IMG/VR virus record: IMGVR_UViG_3300036846_000898
Span: 1 to 34,435 of that record
Reading direction: 5' to 3' (one strand)
Length of the DNA stretch: 34,435 bases
Source of the DNA: a virus
Taxonomy: Duplodnaviria > Caudoviricetes
Made by a program: the position numbers and the translations under genes. Shown here one piece after another: positions 24,146-33,100 of the stretch. Position 1 is the first letter of the stretch, and every line of letters starts with the position of its first letter. The notes beneath the pieces are model-generated. The model had not been told where the DNA came from and searched no databases. It worked only from the letters and a program-made list of their open reading frames with translations.

Positions 24146-24757
24146 TCACGCGCAGTAGTTGGGCGGCGTCCAGTTGCACGCCCCCAGCCCGCCGTTCCAC
24201 AACAGCGCAGCGGCGGCGTCCTGATCCGCCGGAGCCCACGTCGATGGGTTCCGGCCGACGAGGTCCGGTCGGCCCATGCGCCGGGCGAGCGCGTCGGCGG
24301 TTGACGGCATGAGCTGGTAGGCGCCGCCCGCACCGGACGGGTTCAGCGCGGTGTACGTGCAGCGACTTTCGCGTTGCGAGATGTAGGCGGGCACCGACGG
24401 ACACGAGCCCGTAGCCTCGGAGACGCCAAGCGAATCTGCTTTGCCTGGATCTCCCTTGCTTGTGTGAGCAGCGTCCCGTGTAGGTCGGCCTGGCCTGACA
24501 CGGGACGCTGCGCGTGCGGCGTTCGTGGCGACGGCTGCGTTCCAGCGTTCGAGCGCGGTGCGGCGCAGCCCCGCGTACCAGCGACCGAGCTGGGCCTGCG
24601 CCGCAAGCGCGTCCCGTTCCTGCGGTGCGAGCCGAACGGCGGTCTCGAGGACGGGTGCCTCAGCGGCGACGCGAACCGGTGCGGAAGAACGTGCGCCGGA
24701 TGCGCCACACGCCGCGAGGACGAGCGCGATGATGACGGCCGCGAGTTTGGTGGTCAT
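24146..24757 (-). CDS. Lipoprotein with C-terminal Rpf/SceD-like lytic transglycosylase domain
   Basis: Signal peptide with lipobox VLAAC; 'RES...ALNPSGAGGAYQLMPST...A.ADQDAAA..L......W'. Confidence 0.82.
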   Translation of the reverse strand: MTTKLAAVIIALVLAACGASGARSSAPVRVAAEAPVLETAVRLAPQERDALAAQAQLGRWYAGLRRTALERWNAAVATNAARAASRVRPGRPTRDAAHTSKGDPGKADSLGVSEATGSCPSVPAYISQRESRCTYTALNPSGAGGAYQLMPSTADALARRMGRPDLVGRNPSTWAPADQDAAAALLWNGGLGACNWTPPNYCA

Positions 24758-24784
24758 GGTTCTGCTCCGAAGGTCGAACCCGCA

Positions 24785-24952
24785 TCACTCCTGCTCGCTC
24801 TCGCCCGCGCCCTGTCCGGCGCGGGCGAGGTTGTAGATCAACTCGTCGAGGCGGGCGACGAGCTCCCGCCACAGGTGGGCGCGCCACAGCTCCCGAGCGG
24901 CCCAAAGGCAAAGCACGACGAGCAGCACGCCCGTCTCGTAGGCGTAGATCAC
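24785..24952 (-). CDS. 55-aa membrane protein (lysis accessory candidate)
   Basis: Manual translation MIYAYETGVLLVVLCLWAARELWRAHLWRELVARLDELIYNLARAGQGAGESEQE; below the ORF-track cutoff. Confidence 0.55.
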   Translation of the reverse strand: MIYAYETGVLLVVLCLWAARELWRAHLWRELVARLDELIYNLARAGQGAGESEQE

Positions 24953-24959
24953 CCGCCGC

Positions 24960-25058
24960 TCACCCGCGCATGAAGCGCCCGAGCAGGAAGGCGAGAAGCT
25001 GCACGCCCGCGATCACGCACACGGCGATGGTCACGAACCCGGCTTGTAGGTGCGACAT
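24960..25058 (-). CDS. 32-aa single-TM peptide (holin-like candidate)
   Basis: MSHLQAGFVTIAVCVIAGVQLLAFLLGRFMRG; TGATG overlap with the endolysin stop; RBS GGAGG. Confidence 0.6.
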   Translation of the reverse strand: MSHLQAGFVTIAVCVIAGVQLLAFLLGRFMRG

Positions 25059-25858
25059 CAGCTCACCTCCTCGGTGGGTGCGCCGTAGAACTCGGCGTCT
25101 CCGAATGCGAACACCCCGCCGTCTTGACCGAGCAGCCAATAGCCCGAGCCGGTCGCGCTGGCCTCGATGCCCGAGATGGGTGCGTGGAGGTCGGCGTCGG
25201 CCATCGAGCCGTACATGAGCGCGTCACCGAAGGCGAAGACCCCTCCGTCGCTGCCGACGAGCCAATAGCCGCCGTTGGTCGGCCGCACCGCCATGCCCAC
25301 GACCGGCGCGTGGAGGTCTTGACCACCCATCGACCCGCGCATCTTGGCGTCGCCGTAACAGAAGACCCCGCCGTCACTGGCGACGACGTAGTAGCCGTCG
25401 CCCGATGGCGTGCGCTTGATGTCCATGGCGCCCTCCTCCTCGGTGACCGGCGGCGCAGGCGCACCGGCCGTGCAGGCAGCGACGACGTCGGCCCAGCGGG
25501 CCACGGTGCGATCGCCGGGACAGACCGTGTTGCTCCCTGGCGAGTCGCGGTGCGCGCGTACGAGCGGCGCATCCACGACGTAGCCGCGAGCGCGGGCGTC
25601 GGCGCACGCTCCCGCGATGAGCACGAGGTCGGCGTCGGTCACGTCGTGCTCCATGCGGTTGCCGGACAGGCAGAGGTCCAGGCTCTCGCCGTTGAAGTTG
25701 AGCGTGCCGTAGGACGACCACACGTCGCGCAGGTGCGTGTACGTCGTCGCCCCGATCCAATAGGTGTAGCCGCCGTCGGCACCGCGGGCGACGTCGGAGG
25801 GTGCCCCGGCGCCCTCGTGATGAACGGTGGTTACCGCCACAGGGGTCGGCATGGTCAA
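25058..25858 (-). CDS. Endolysin: amidase_2 domain plus 'GYWLV.SDGGVFAFGDA' cell-wall-binding repeats
   Basis: 'TVHHEG', 'AHRD....TVCPG' Zn-amidase motifs; three DGGVF.[FY]GDA repeats. Confidence 0.88.
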   Translation of the reverse strand: MTMPTPVAVTTVHHEGAGAPSDVARGADGGYTYWIGATTYTHLRDVWSSYGTLNFNGESLDLCLSGNRMEHDVTDADLVLIAGACADARARGYVVDAPLVRAHRDSPGSNTVCPGDRTVARWADVVAACTAGAPAPPVTEEEGAMDIKRTPSGDGYYVVASDGGVFCYGDAKMRGSMGGQDLHAPVVGMAVRPTNGGYWLVGSDGGVFAFGDALMYGSMADADLHAPISGIEASATGSGYWLLGQDGGVFAFGDAEFYGAPTEEVS

Positions 25859-25986
25859 CCGGCGGCGTCGGCGTCCTCGTGGCCGTCCTCGTGTCCGGCG
25901 TCCTCGGTGTCGTCGGCGTGCTCGTCGTGCTCGACGCGCTCGTCGTGCTCGTCGTCTCGCTGCGGCTCGGGCTCGGTGGGCGTCAT
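25855..25986 (-). CDS. 43-aa acidic, His-rich peptide
   Basis: RBS AGGGAG; 19 D/E and 5 H; stop overlaps the endolysin start region. Confidence 0.6.
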   Translation of the reverse strand: MTPTEPEPQRDDEHDERVEHDEHADDTEDAGHEDGHEDADAAG

Positions 25987-26073
25987 GGCGTCTCCCTGAT
26001 CGGAAGGGGCAGGACGCCCGGAGACGCTATCGCCCACACGCATGAACGCAAGCGATGACGACGTGGGCCCGCA

Positions 26074-27027
26074 TCACGGCGGCGACGAGCCGGGCAGCGG
26101 CCCAGCGTCGACTACCCGCGCGACGATCGGGCCCGGGTCGTTGCCGACCGACGCGACGAAGTCGACGGTGCCCGCATTGGTCGCGGGCCGAACCTTGTAG
26201 GGCCCGTTCACACCAGTGAAGCGCTGCGCCGCGGGGGTGTAGCTGCACCGCTCGCCCGCGTTGCGGTTCATCTGTATTAGGAGTCCGCCGATCAGCGCGC
26301 CGCCGTTGTCCGTGAATTGGACTTTGATCTGTCCGGCCGCGCCGTTCTGGATGATGGCGCCGCAGTAGAACTCGAAGACGTAGACACGATTGGTGATCGC
26401 GGTAAACGCTGGCGTCGTCAAGAGTGTGACCGGCGTCGAGCCGATGCCCGACACCCCAGCCGGGGTCGAGTAGTACAACTGCTCGCCCCACGCGACGCCC
26501 CACGGTTTCGTGAGCGCGCTGCGTCGGACGTCGGTGATCGCCGCGGTAGTGATGCCGGTTTGGCCGACGTTGACGCGCACTTGCGCGAGCGCGATGCAGT
26601 CGCGCGGCAACGCGGGGACGGCCGGGGACGCAGCGGGCGTGCCGCGCACGATCTCCAGCGCAGTCGAGAACCCGGTGCCGGGGGTGATCTCGTCGTCGTA
26701 GATGCGCAGGATGACCACGTCGATGCGCGGGTTCGTCGGGTCGGCCGCCGCGATCGGCAGCGTGACGATCGCATCCGAATAGGCGAAGTACGCCCCCTGG
26801 TGGGTGTCCTGGCCGAGCACGACTGCGCCGCCGCCTTGCGTGCACGCGCCGATCTGGACCTGCATCGTGGTGCCCGCGCCGACTTGCGCGACAGCGAAGT
26901 CGCCGGGCTGGTACACGCCGCCGGTCGTGATGTTGGCCGAGAGCGCCGCTCGCACTCGTCGTCGCTCGTCGCGGGCGTCGACCAGCGGCGACACGTTCGT
27001 CTGGAAGTAGTTCCCTTTGAGCGTCAT
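26074..27027 (-). CDS. Minor tail protein / tail fibre (317 aa)
   Basis: RBS AGGAGG; 'AADPTNPRIDVV...GTPAASPAVPALP....LAQVRV...ITDVR' actinophage minor tail motif. Confidence 0.85.
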   Translation of the reverse strand: MTLKGNYFQTNVSPLVDARDERRRVRAALSANITTGGVYQPGDFAVAQVGAGTTMQVQIGACTQGGGAVVLGQDTHQGAYFAYSDAIVTLPIAAADPTNPRIDVVILRIYDDEITPGTGFSTALEIVRGTPAASPAVPALPRDCIALAQVRVNVGQTGITTAAITDVRRSALTKPWGVAWGEQLYYSTPAGVSGIGSTPVTLLTTPAFTAITNRVYVFEFYCGAIIQNGAAGQIKVQFTDNGGALIGGLLIQMNRNAGERCSYTPAAQRFTGVNGPYKVRPATNAGTVDFVASVGNDPGPIVARVVDAGPLPGSSPP

Positions 27028-27035
27028 CGCTCCTC

Positions 27036-28217
27036 CTACGGGTGTCTCTGCAACGTGGAGACGGCCGACGCTTGCGCGGCCCGCTGCCGGGCGAGAGTCT
27101 TGGCCGCGCGCGTGACCGGCCGAGAGCGGCGCAGCGAGTCGGTGAAGTTGATCGACACGGTGAGCACGCCGATGTCGTCGATGTCGACCTGGCGCCCGGT
27201 GATGCGCCAATAAACGTCGCCGTGCAGGTGCAAGGACCCTCGGTCCGAGATCAGTCGGATCGTGTCGCCGATCTGCCACGTGCCGTACGGCCAGGTGTCT
27301 TGGTCGATCAACTCGACCTGGATGAGGAACTGCTCGGAAGTCTGGACCGCCTGGTTGCCCTTGCCGGTGAGCGTCGGCGTGTCGCTCACGTCGGTGGCGT
27401 TCACGGCGATCTCGTAGAGCGGCTCGCCACTCACCGCCACCGCGACGGTCTGTGACGGGCCATAGGTGCCGTTGCCGACGACTGCGCCGGTCACGAACGC
27501 CGACGAGGCGTAGGCGTTGAAGTCGTCGCTGTAATCGTGCACGCGAATCGCGGTGCCGTCACGCCACACGTACGGCTGGTCGACGCCGAGGCGCGGATAC
27601 CACAGCTCCAACGTGTGGACGATGCGCGGCTGCGCACCTCCGGCCGGGTGCGTCCAGCCCGCGACCACGCGGAACTCGAAGCCGTTGTCTACGTCGGCGA
27701 GCTGTTCGACGGCCTCGCCGAGAATCTTCGCGTCGCGCAGGTCGTAGCTGCGATCGCGCAACACGGCCGAGCCGCCCGGCGGGTTCCACGAGTAGCCCAC
27801 ACCGATCGACCCGACCGGCAACGGCGCGATGGTCTGCGCGTCGTCGACGAGCGTCTGTGCGATCTGGAACTGGTCGACCTGCCCGAACGTGCGAGTGAAC
27901 GGGATGAGCCGTCGCCAGAAGTAGCCCCACAGCGAGTACCCGGAGGCGGTCAAGGTGTCGATGCCGTCGCCTTGCGCGGACCAATCGAGCGCGCCGAGCA
28001 TGCCGGCGAAGTCGATGGTGCCGTCCTCGAGCAGCACGTAGACGTAGGTGCGATGGGGGACGAGCAGCGCGGCGGCCGGGTCGTACGGGTCGAGCTCGCC
28101 GGTCCAGGTTCCGGCCGCGCACATCGTGTCGGTGTAGGAGAACTTGGAGAACGGCAGCACGCCAGTCACGACGCCGGAGGCCCAATCGCGGGCGATGATG
28201 CGCGGCGCGGCGGCCAT
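27036..28217 (-). CDS. Minor tail / baseplate hub protein (393 aa)
   Basis: Follows the Dit gene with TGATG overlap; typical actinophage minor tail sequence ('RDRSY...LGEAVEQLA...GFEF'). Confidence 0.82.
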   Translation of the reverse strand: MAAAPRIIARDWASGVVTGVLPFSKFSYTDTMCAAGTWTGELDPYDPAAALLVPHRTYVYVLLEDGTIDFAGMLGALDWSAQGDGIDTLTASGYSLWGYFWRRLIPFTRTFGQVDQFQIAQTLVDDAQTIAPLPVGSIGVGYSWNPPGGSAVLRDRSYDLRDAKILGEAVEQLADVDNGFEFRVVAGWTHPAGGAQPRIVHTLELWYPRLGVDQPYVWRDGTAIRVHDYSDDFNAYASSAFVTGAVVGNGTYGPSQTVAVAVSGEPLYEIAVNATDVSDTPTLTGKGNQAVQTSEQFLIQVELIDQDTWPYGTWQIGDTIRLISDRGSLHLHGDVYWRITGRQVDIDDIGVLTVSINFTDSLRRSRPVTRAAKTLARQRAAQASAVSTLQRHP

Positions 28218-29134
28218 CAGAAGAGGTAGGTGTCCTGCCAGGCGATCGTCGCCGAGCCGACGCCGGACGTGGCAGTGAACGCTACGGGTGTCGAGCCCGC
28301 GGGGAAGTGCAGCATGTCGGCCCGGTCGGGGAACGCCAGCAGGTTCGAGGCGTTGATGGCGTTGGTGAGGTCGGTCGGGCTGTTGGAGAGCAGCGCGCGG
28401 CCGGTGGCGGTGTCGACGATGAGCGACATGCCCGGTTGCAGCGTCGTCGTGAACGCGAGCGTGTCCTGAGTCGGGGTGATGACGACCGCCGGGTTCACGA
28501 GCGCGGTCTGCGCAGTAATCGTGATGGTCGCCGACGCGGGCGCGGTGCCGTTGTTGACGACCGCGCCGGACGTGCCCGGTGCGCCGGTCCCGGCCTGGTA
28601 GCCGATCGGGTAACCGTGCGAGAACCCATAGCCGGAGTCCGACGGCTGCACGCCTGCCTGGAGCACGAGCGTGTGCGTCGTCGTCGATCGGTAGCGCGGG
28701 TCGGACGCCTCGAACGTGACGATGGCCTGCACCACGCCGGTGTCGATGAGCGCCAGACTCGGCGCATCGACCGGGTCGAAGCGTCCGGTCAGCACCCAAT
28801 CGCCACGGGGGCCGGTCCAGGTGAGTTGGGCGTAGCCGCCCGCGACCGGCGCGCACGCGGTGGCGAGCTGTTGCAGCAGGTTCATGGCGTCGAGTTCGCT
28901 CGCGCCCAAGATGACTACCGGGATCACGACCTTGACCGACCCGTACAGGTCGGGGCCCACGTACAGCACGCCGTGGTCGCCTGGTCGAGGGCGGGTGCTG
29001 CGCCGCAGCTCGGGCGCGCCGAAGATCTGCGGGCCGGGCGCGTCGATGAGGAAGGGCGTCTCGCCGATGATGAGCCCGCCCGGCAGCGTCGCGCGCCAGA
29101 TGCCGTTGCTGAGGTCGGGAACGATCAGGGTCAT
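28217..29134 (-). CDS. Distal tail protein (Dit-like)
   Basis: Directly after the tape measure gene; 'FEASDPRYRS', 'NNGTAPA'. Confidence 0.8.
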   Translation of the reverse strand: MTLIVPDLSNGIWRATLPGGLIIGETPFLIDAPGPQIFGAPELRRSTRPRPGDHGVLYVGPDLYGSVKVVIPVVILGASELDAMNLLQQLATACAPVAGGYAQLTWTGPRGDWVLTGRFDPVDAPSLALIDTGVVQAIVTFEASDPRYRSTTTHTLVLQAGVQPSDSGYGFSHGYPIGYQAGTGAPGTSGAVVNNGTAPASATITITAQTALVNPAVVITPTQDTLAFTTTLQPGMSLIVDTATGRALLSNSPTDLTNAINASNLLAFPDRADMLHFPAGSTPVAFTATSGVGSATIAWQDTYLF

Positions 29135-31341
29135 AGCGTCTGCCCTCGCAGTTCGGCGTACGCGAGGCGGTCGCTGACGGCGTGCGCGAGTTGCCGTGCA
29201 TCGAGCGCCTGCACGTACATCGTTCCGACGGTCGGAGCGCTACGCCGGGCGGCGGCGCCCGCCGAGACGGGGCCGCCTGCACCGCCCGCGGCGTACACGT
29301 CGAGCGGCAACCCGGCCATCGCCTTGTGCACCGCTGCGCCGTGCTCGGTGATGCCGGACGCGATGCCCTTGGAAATCCACTGTCCGACCTGATCGGCCAT
29401 CACGCGCGACGGCGACCCGATGCCGAGGAGCTTCTTGACCGGCGCGGCGATCGTGCCGACGAGGGAGCTGATCTTGTCGGTCACGAAGTGCCACGCGCCC
29501 GCGATGCCGTTGACGAGGCCCATGACGAGATCGACGCCGACGTAGTAAAGCGTCGATGCGAGACTCCCGACCGCGCTGAGCGCCCGGCCGGGAATCCCGC
29601 CGAGCCAGCCGGACACCGCACCCCACCCGGCGGTGATGCCGCTGAGGAACCCTTGCATCATCGACGAGCCGAAGCCGATGAGCGCGCCCGGCAACCGCGA
29701 GAAGAACCCGATGACCGCGCCGACCATCCCCGACACCGCGCCGACGATGGCGCCGATGACCGAGCGGATGATGCCGAGCACGGCGTTCCACACCGCGGAC
29801 GTGATCGCCTGGACCTGCGACCAGTAGCGCCACACGAGCGCGGCGGCGAGCGCGATCGGCCCGAGGATGATGCCGACAATGAGCATCCAGTTCTTGCGCA
29901 GCCAGTTGATGATGGCGGTGACCACCCCGGTCACGAACGTCCAGATCGTGTTCCAGTGCTGGATGATGAGCACCACCGCGAGCCCGATCGGGCCGGTCAG
30001 GACCGCGAGGAGCAGTGGCCAATGCGAGACGATCCAACCGAACACGGTTTGGACGAGGTTGTGGAACCACGAGACCTTCATGTAGGCGATCACGAGCACG
30101 GCGACGAACGCCACGATGCCGACGATGATGAGCGTCAGCGGGTTCGCATTGATGGCCGCGTCGAGCAGGTAGTTGGCCGCGGCGAACGCCCTGGTGATGG
30201 CCTGCCCAATCTTCATCACGGCCTGCCACGCCTCCTGCGCCGCCTTGACGAGCTTCATCGCCTTGTTGACCGCGAGGACCGCGAGCGCGAACGCAGTCAG
30301 CGTGCCGACCAGCGGCGTGAGCCATGACGAGTTCTTGGCGAGCCATCCGGCCATCGACGCGAACGCGGGCGCGACCTGCGTGGCGATGATGTTGCCGACC
30401 TTGGTGAACACCGGCAGGAGCGCCGTGCCGAGTTGCGCCTTCATGTTGGCGAACTGCGCGGCGGTCTTGCGCTGTTGCACTTCGAGCGTCCCGCCCTCTT
30501 TGGCGAACGCACCCTGTGCGGCACCGGCTCGCTTCGCCACCAGCGCGTAGGTCGCCTGCGCTTTCTCGGCCGCGGTGAGCGTGGTCTTGCCGCCCTGGAG
30601 GGCCTTGTTGACATTGATCTGCGCGGCCGCGAGGCCGAGCTGCGCCTTGCGCGCCTCGACCGAGTTCTGGCCGTGCTTCTTGACCGCCGCGTTGTAGGTG
30701 ATCTGCGCCTTATCCGCCGCGATCTGCGCCTTGGCGAGCTTGTTGGTGTCGACAGTCGTGGTGCCGAGGTGCATCGACAACGCCTGCGCGGTGACGGCGT
30801 TCTTGTCGATGACGATGCCGAACTGCTTCAGCCCGCGGTACGCACCGGCAGAGGCGAGGCGGATGGCGTTCACACCGGCGGCCGGGTCCTTCTTGTAGAA
30901 CGTCGCCAGGTCGTTGCCGAGGCTGATGCTGCGCTCGGAGAGTTGCGCGGCACCCTTGCTGGAGAGGCCGTAGGACTTGTAGAGGTTGCCCATGCTCGTC
31001 GCCAGGGTGAGCGACTGGTCCTGGCTCATGCCGAGCGCGGCGGCGCTCTTGGACGACCACGTGAGCACGCCCTTGCCCGCCGAGCCGAACACGGACTCGG
31101 TCTTGTGCATGTCGGCTTGCAGCTCGCTCGCAGCTTCGCCTGCGTCGTGGAGGTACTTGATGACCGCGACCCCGGCCAGCGCCGCGCTCGCCGCCGCCAG
31201 GCCCTTGCCGAACGAGCCGCCGACCTTCTTGCCCGACGCCTCGGCCTCGCTCGACGCGCCCGACATCTTCGCCTTGAGATCGGCGCCGAACTGCTTGACG
31301 TCGGCCAGGATGCGGACGTACAGCGCGCCGATGTCAGCCAC
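29131..31341 (-). CDS. Tape measure protein (736 aa)
   Basis: Ala/Gly-rich helical protein with W/F-periodic repeats, 'LGIGSPSRVM' C-terminal motif; follows the chaperone genes. Confidence 0.93.
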   Translation of the reverse strand: MADIGALYVRILADVKQFGADLKAKMSGASSEAEASGKKVGGSFGKGLAAASAALAGVAVIKYLHDAGEAASELQADMHKTESVFGSAGKGVLTWSSKSAAALGMSQDQSLTLATSMGNLYKSYGLSSKGAAQLSERSISLGNDLATFYKKDPAAGVNAIRLASAGAYRGLKQFGIVIDKNAVTAQALSMHLGTTTVDTNKLAKAQIAADKAQITYNAAVKKHGQNSVEARKAQLGLAAAQINVNKALQGGKTTLTAAEKAQATYALVAKRAGAAQGAFAKEGGTLEVQQRKTAAQFANMKAQLGTALLPVFTKVGNIIATQVAPAFASMAGWLAKNSSWLTPLVGTLTAFALAVLAVNKAMKLVKAAQEAWQAVMKIGQAITRAFAAANYLLDAAINANPLTLIIVGIVAFVAVLVIAYMKVSWFHNLVQTVFGWIVSHWPLLLAVLTGPIGLAVVLIIQHWNTIWTFVTGVVTAIINWLRKNWMLIVGIILGPIALAAALVWRYWSQVQAITSAVWNAVLGIIRSVIGAIVGAVSGMVGAVIGFFSRLPGALIGFGSSMMQGFLSGITAGWGAVSGWLGGIPGRALSAVGSLASTLYYVGVDLVMGLVNGIAGAWHFVTDKISSLVGTIAAPVKKLLGIGSPSRVMADQVGQWISKGIASGITEHGAAVHKAMAGLPLDVYAAGGAGGPVSAGAAARRSAPTVGTMYVQALDARQLAHAVSDRLAYAELRGQTL

Positions 31342-31741
31342 GGCCGCCTCCTGCGGTCAGGTGCTCGAGGACGGCGTAGCCGTTGCTGCGCGGCGTCGTC
31401 GTCACCTTGCGCTTCACCGGCCGCGGGAACTCAAACTCGGGCAGCCTGCTCGCCGCACCCTTGCGCCCGTACGCGGCGATGTTGACCCGCAGCAGCGCGT
31501 ACAGCAGATCGGCGACCGTCGCCAGCGCCTCGTCGCGCAGCGCCCACGGCGCGGTCATCCCGGCTTGGCGCGCGACGACTCGACTGTGCTCCGGGAGCTG
31601 GCGCACAAGCACGGCCAGCCGCCTGACGGTCAGATCGCCGGTGTAGAGACCGGCGAGGGCGACGCCGTAGTGCTCGGCGAGGTCGGCCTCGACGGCACCG
31701 GTGTCGGCAACGACGATCCCGGCGAGGCCAATGATTCCCCC
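31334..31741 (-). CDS. Tail assembly chaperone, frameshifted C-terminal (gpT-like) part
   Basis: -1 frame after GGGGGAA: 'AVEADLAEHYGV.L..LY.G.LTVRRLAVLVRQLP..S...W......LA..AD.L'. Confidence 0.85.
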   Translation of the reverse strand, partial: GGIIGLAGIVVADTGAVEADLAEHYGVALAGLYTGDLTVRRLAVLVRQLPEHSRVVARQAGMTAPWALRDEALATVADLLYALLRVNIAAYGRKGAASRLPEFEFPRPVKRKVTTTPRSNGYAVLEHLTAGGGRG

Positions 31742-32031
31742 AGCGAGAGGCCGTACAGCTCGAACAGGCGCTCCCATTCGTCCTGGTCGAATTGCATGGC
31801 GAACGTCTCGGCGTCGCCGTCGAGTAGGAGCGCGCGGGCGACCGAGACGAAGTCGGGGATGAACCCGGCGACCGTCTCGGGGTGCTCCGGGTCGAAACCG
31901 GGCGGCGCGAGGTAGGCGATCACGGCCGGTGGGAGCGTTGCGCGCAGCTTGTAGGTGACCCCGCCGACGGTCACCTCGTGCGGTTCCTCTGCTGCTTCTG
32001 CACGCAACGCGTCGAAGTCGACGCGTCCCAT
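31630..32031 (-). CDS. Tail assembly chaperone (gpG-like, 133 aa)
   Basis: Between the major tail and tape measure genes; ends 'LGESLASPGSS...'. Confidence 0.85.
   Translation of the reverse strand: MGRVDFDALRAEAAEEPHEVTVGGVTYKLRATLPPAVIAYLAPPGFDPEHPETVAGFIPDFVSVARALLLDGDAETFAMQFDQDEWERLFELYGLSLGESLASPGSSLPTPVPSRPTSPSTTASPSPVSTPAI
31735..31741 (-). other. Programmed -1 frameshift slippery site GGGGGAA
   Basis: CTG GGG GAA in the gpG frame; the -1 frame is the gpT ORF. Confidence 0.85.
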
Positions 32032-32033
32032 GG

Positions 32034-32648
32034 CTACGCCGCTTCGCTGGAGTGAGCGCCGCCCGGCGCGGTTGTAGATGCTGGCGCTTGCGTCGCGGTG
32101 AAGGCCGGTGCGCTGATCCGCTGCCACGGGTCGCCTCCGCTGCTCACACCGAGCACTTTGATGGTCAGCTCGTAGCCGATCATCTCGTCGGCCTTGTGCA
32201 CGATGTCGGCCACGTCGCTGACGATGGCACGAGCGACGTAGTAGCGAATCGTGTTCGGACCGTCGATCACGTCGAAGCAGAAAGCGTTCTCGTACACCTC
32301 GCCCGGCTGCGGCGGTGTGTAGACCTCCTTGGCCGTGTCCCAGCTCCCGCCGCCGAAGGCGAGCATGACGCTCTCCTCGTTGTCCTGGGCCAGCTTGAAC
32401 TTGAAGTCCAACTCCTCGACCACGCGCACGCGCGCCGGATAGATGGACTGCCAGACCATGATGTCGGTGGTGTTCGGCTTGGTGGTGACCGTGAACCCGT
32501 CGTCGCTCGTGTAGCCGAGGTTCACCCACGGCGTCGTGAGCGGGGCGGACGAATCGACCGGTGCCGCGGTGAGCGCGGGTGCGCGCCACAGATTGCCGGT
32601 GGTGCCGAGCCGAACTTCGGTGGCATCCCAGCCATTGGTGACGGTCAT
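32034..32648 (-). CDS. Major tail (tube) protein (204 aa)
   Basis: RBS AAAGGAGG; 'WVNLGYTSDDG', 'WQS', 'GYELTI'. Confidence 0.9.
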   Translation of the reverse strand: MTVTNGWDATEVRLGTTGNLWRAPALTAAPVDSSAPLTTPWVNLGYTSDDGFTVTTKPNTTDIMVWQSIYPARVRVVEELDFKFKLAQDNEESVMLAFGGGSWDTAKEVYTPPQPGEVYENAFCFDVIDGPNTIRYYVARAIVSDVADIVHKADEMIGYELTIKVLGVSSGGDPWQRISAPAFTATQAPASTTAPGGAHSSEAA

Positions 32649-32683
32649 GGTGGTGACCTCCTTTCGCCCAGGGTGGCGGGCGA

Positions 32684-33100
32684 TCAGGTTGGACGGTGAT
32701 GGGTGAGCAGCGCGTCCGCGCGGAAACGTGGGCGCGCCGGGGTGTAGGAGGCGTCGGGGTCGTAGGAGAGGTTCGACCAGGCGACTCGGCCGACGACGAT
32801 GCCGCCGCCCAGGTCGTGCGAGTAGGCGTCCGCGATGCGATCGCGACACGCCTCGGCGAGCTTCGAGGCTTGCGCTTTCGTGCCGCCCCAGGCGTCGAGT
32901 TGGATGAGCGGGCCGTCGTGGGTGAGCGGCCGGTCGTGCGGGGGTGCGCCACCGACCCGCCACACCCGCACCGCGGGGAACGTCGGCGCGCGTGGCAACT
33001 CGGAGTAGATCCCGCCCGATGCGAGCGCGACCACCGCGGCATCGGCGCGCAGCCAGGCGACGAGGGCGCTTTCGATGTCGATGACCGGGAGCGCGGTCAT
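32684..33100 (-). CDS. Tail terminator / completion protein (138 aa)
   Basis: 'DIESALVAWL...P.V.V.RVGG...IQLDAWG...A..LA'; position in the gene order. Confidence 0.82.
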   Translation of the reverse strand: MTALPVIDIESALVAWLRADAAVVALASGGIYSELPRAPTFPAVRVWRVGGAPPHDRPLTHDGPLIQLDAWGGTKAQASKLAEACRDRIADAYSHDLGGGIVVGRVAWSNLSYDPDASYTPARPRFRADALLTHHRPT

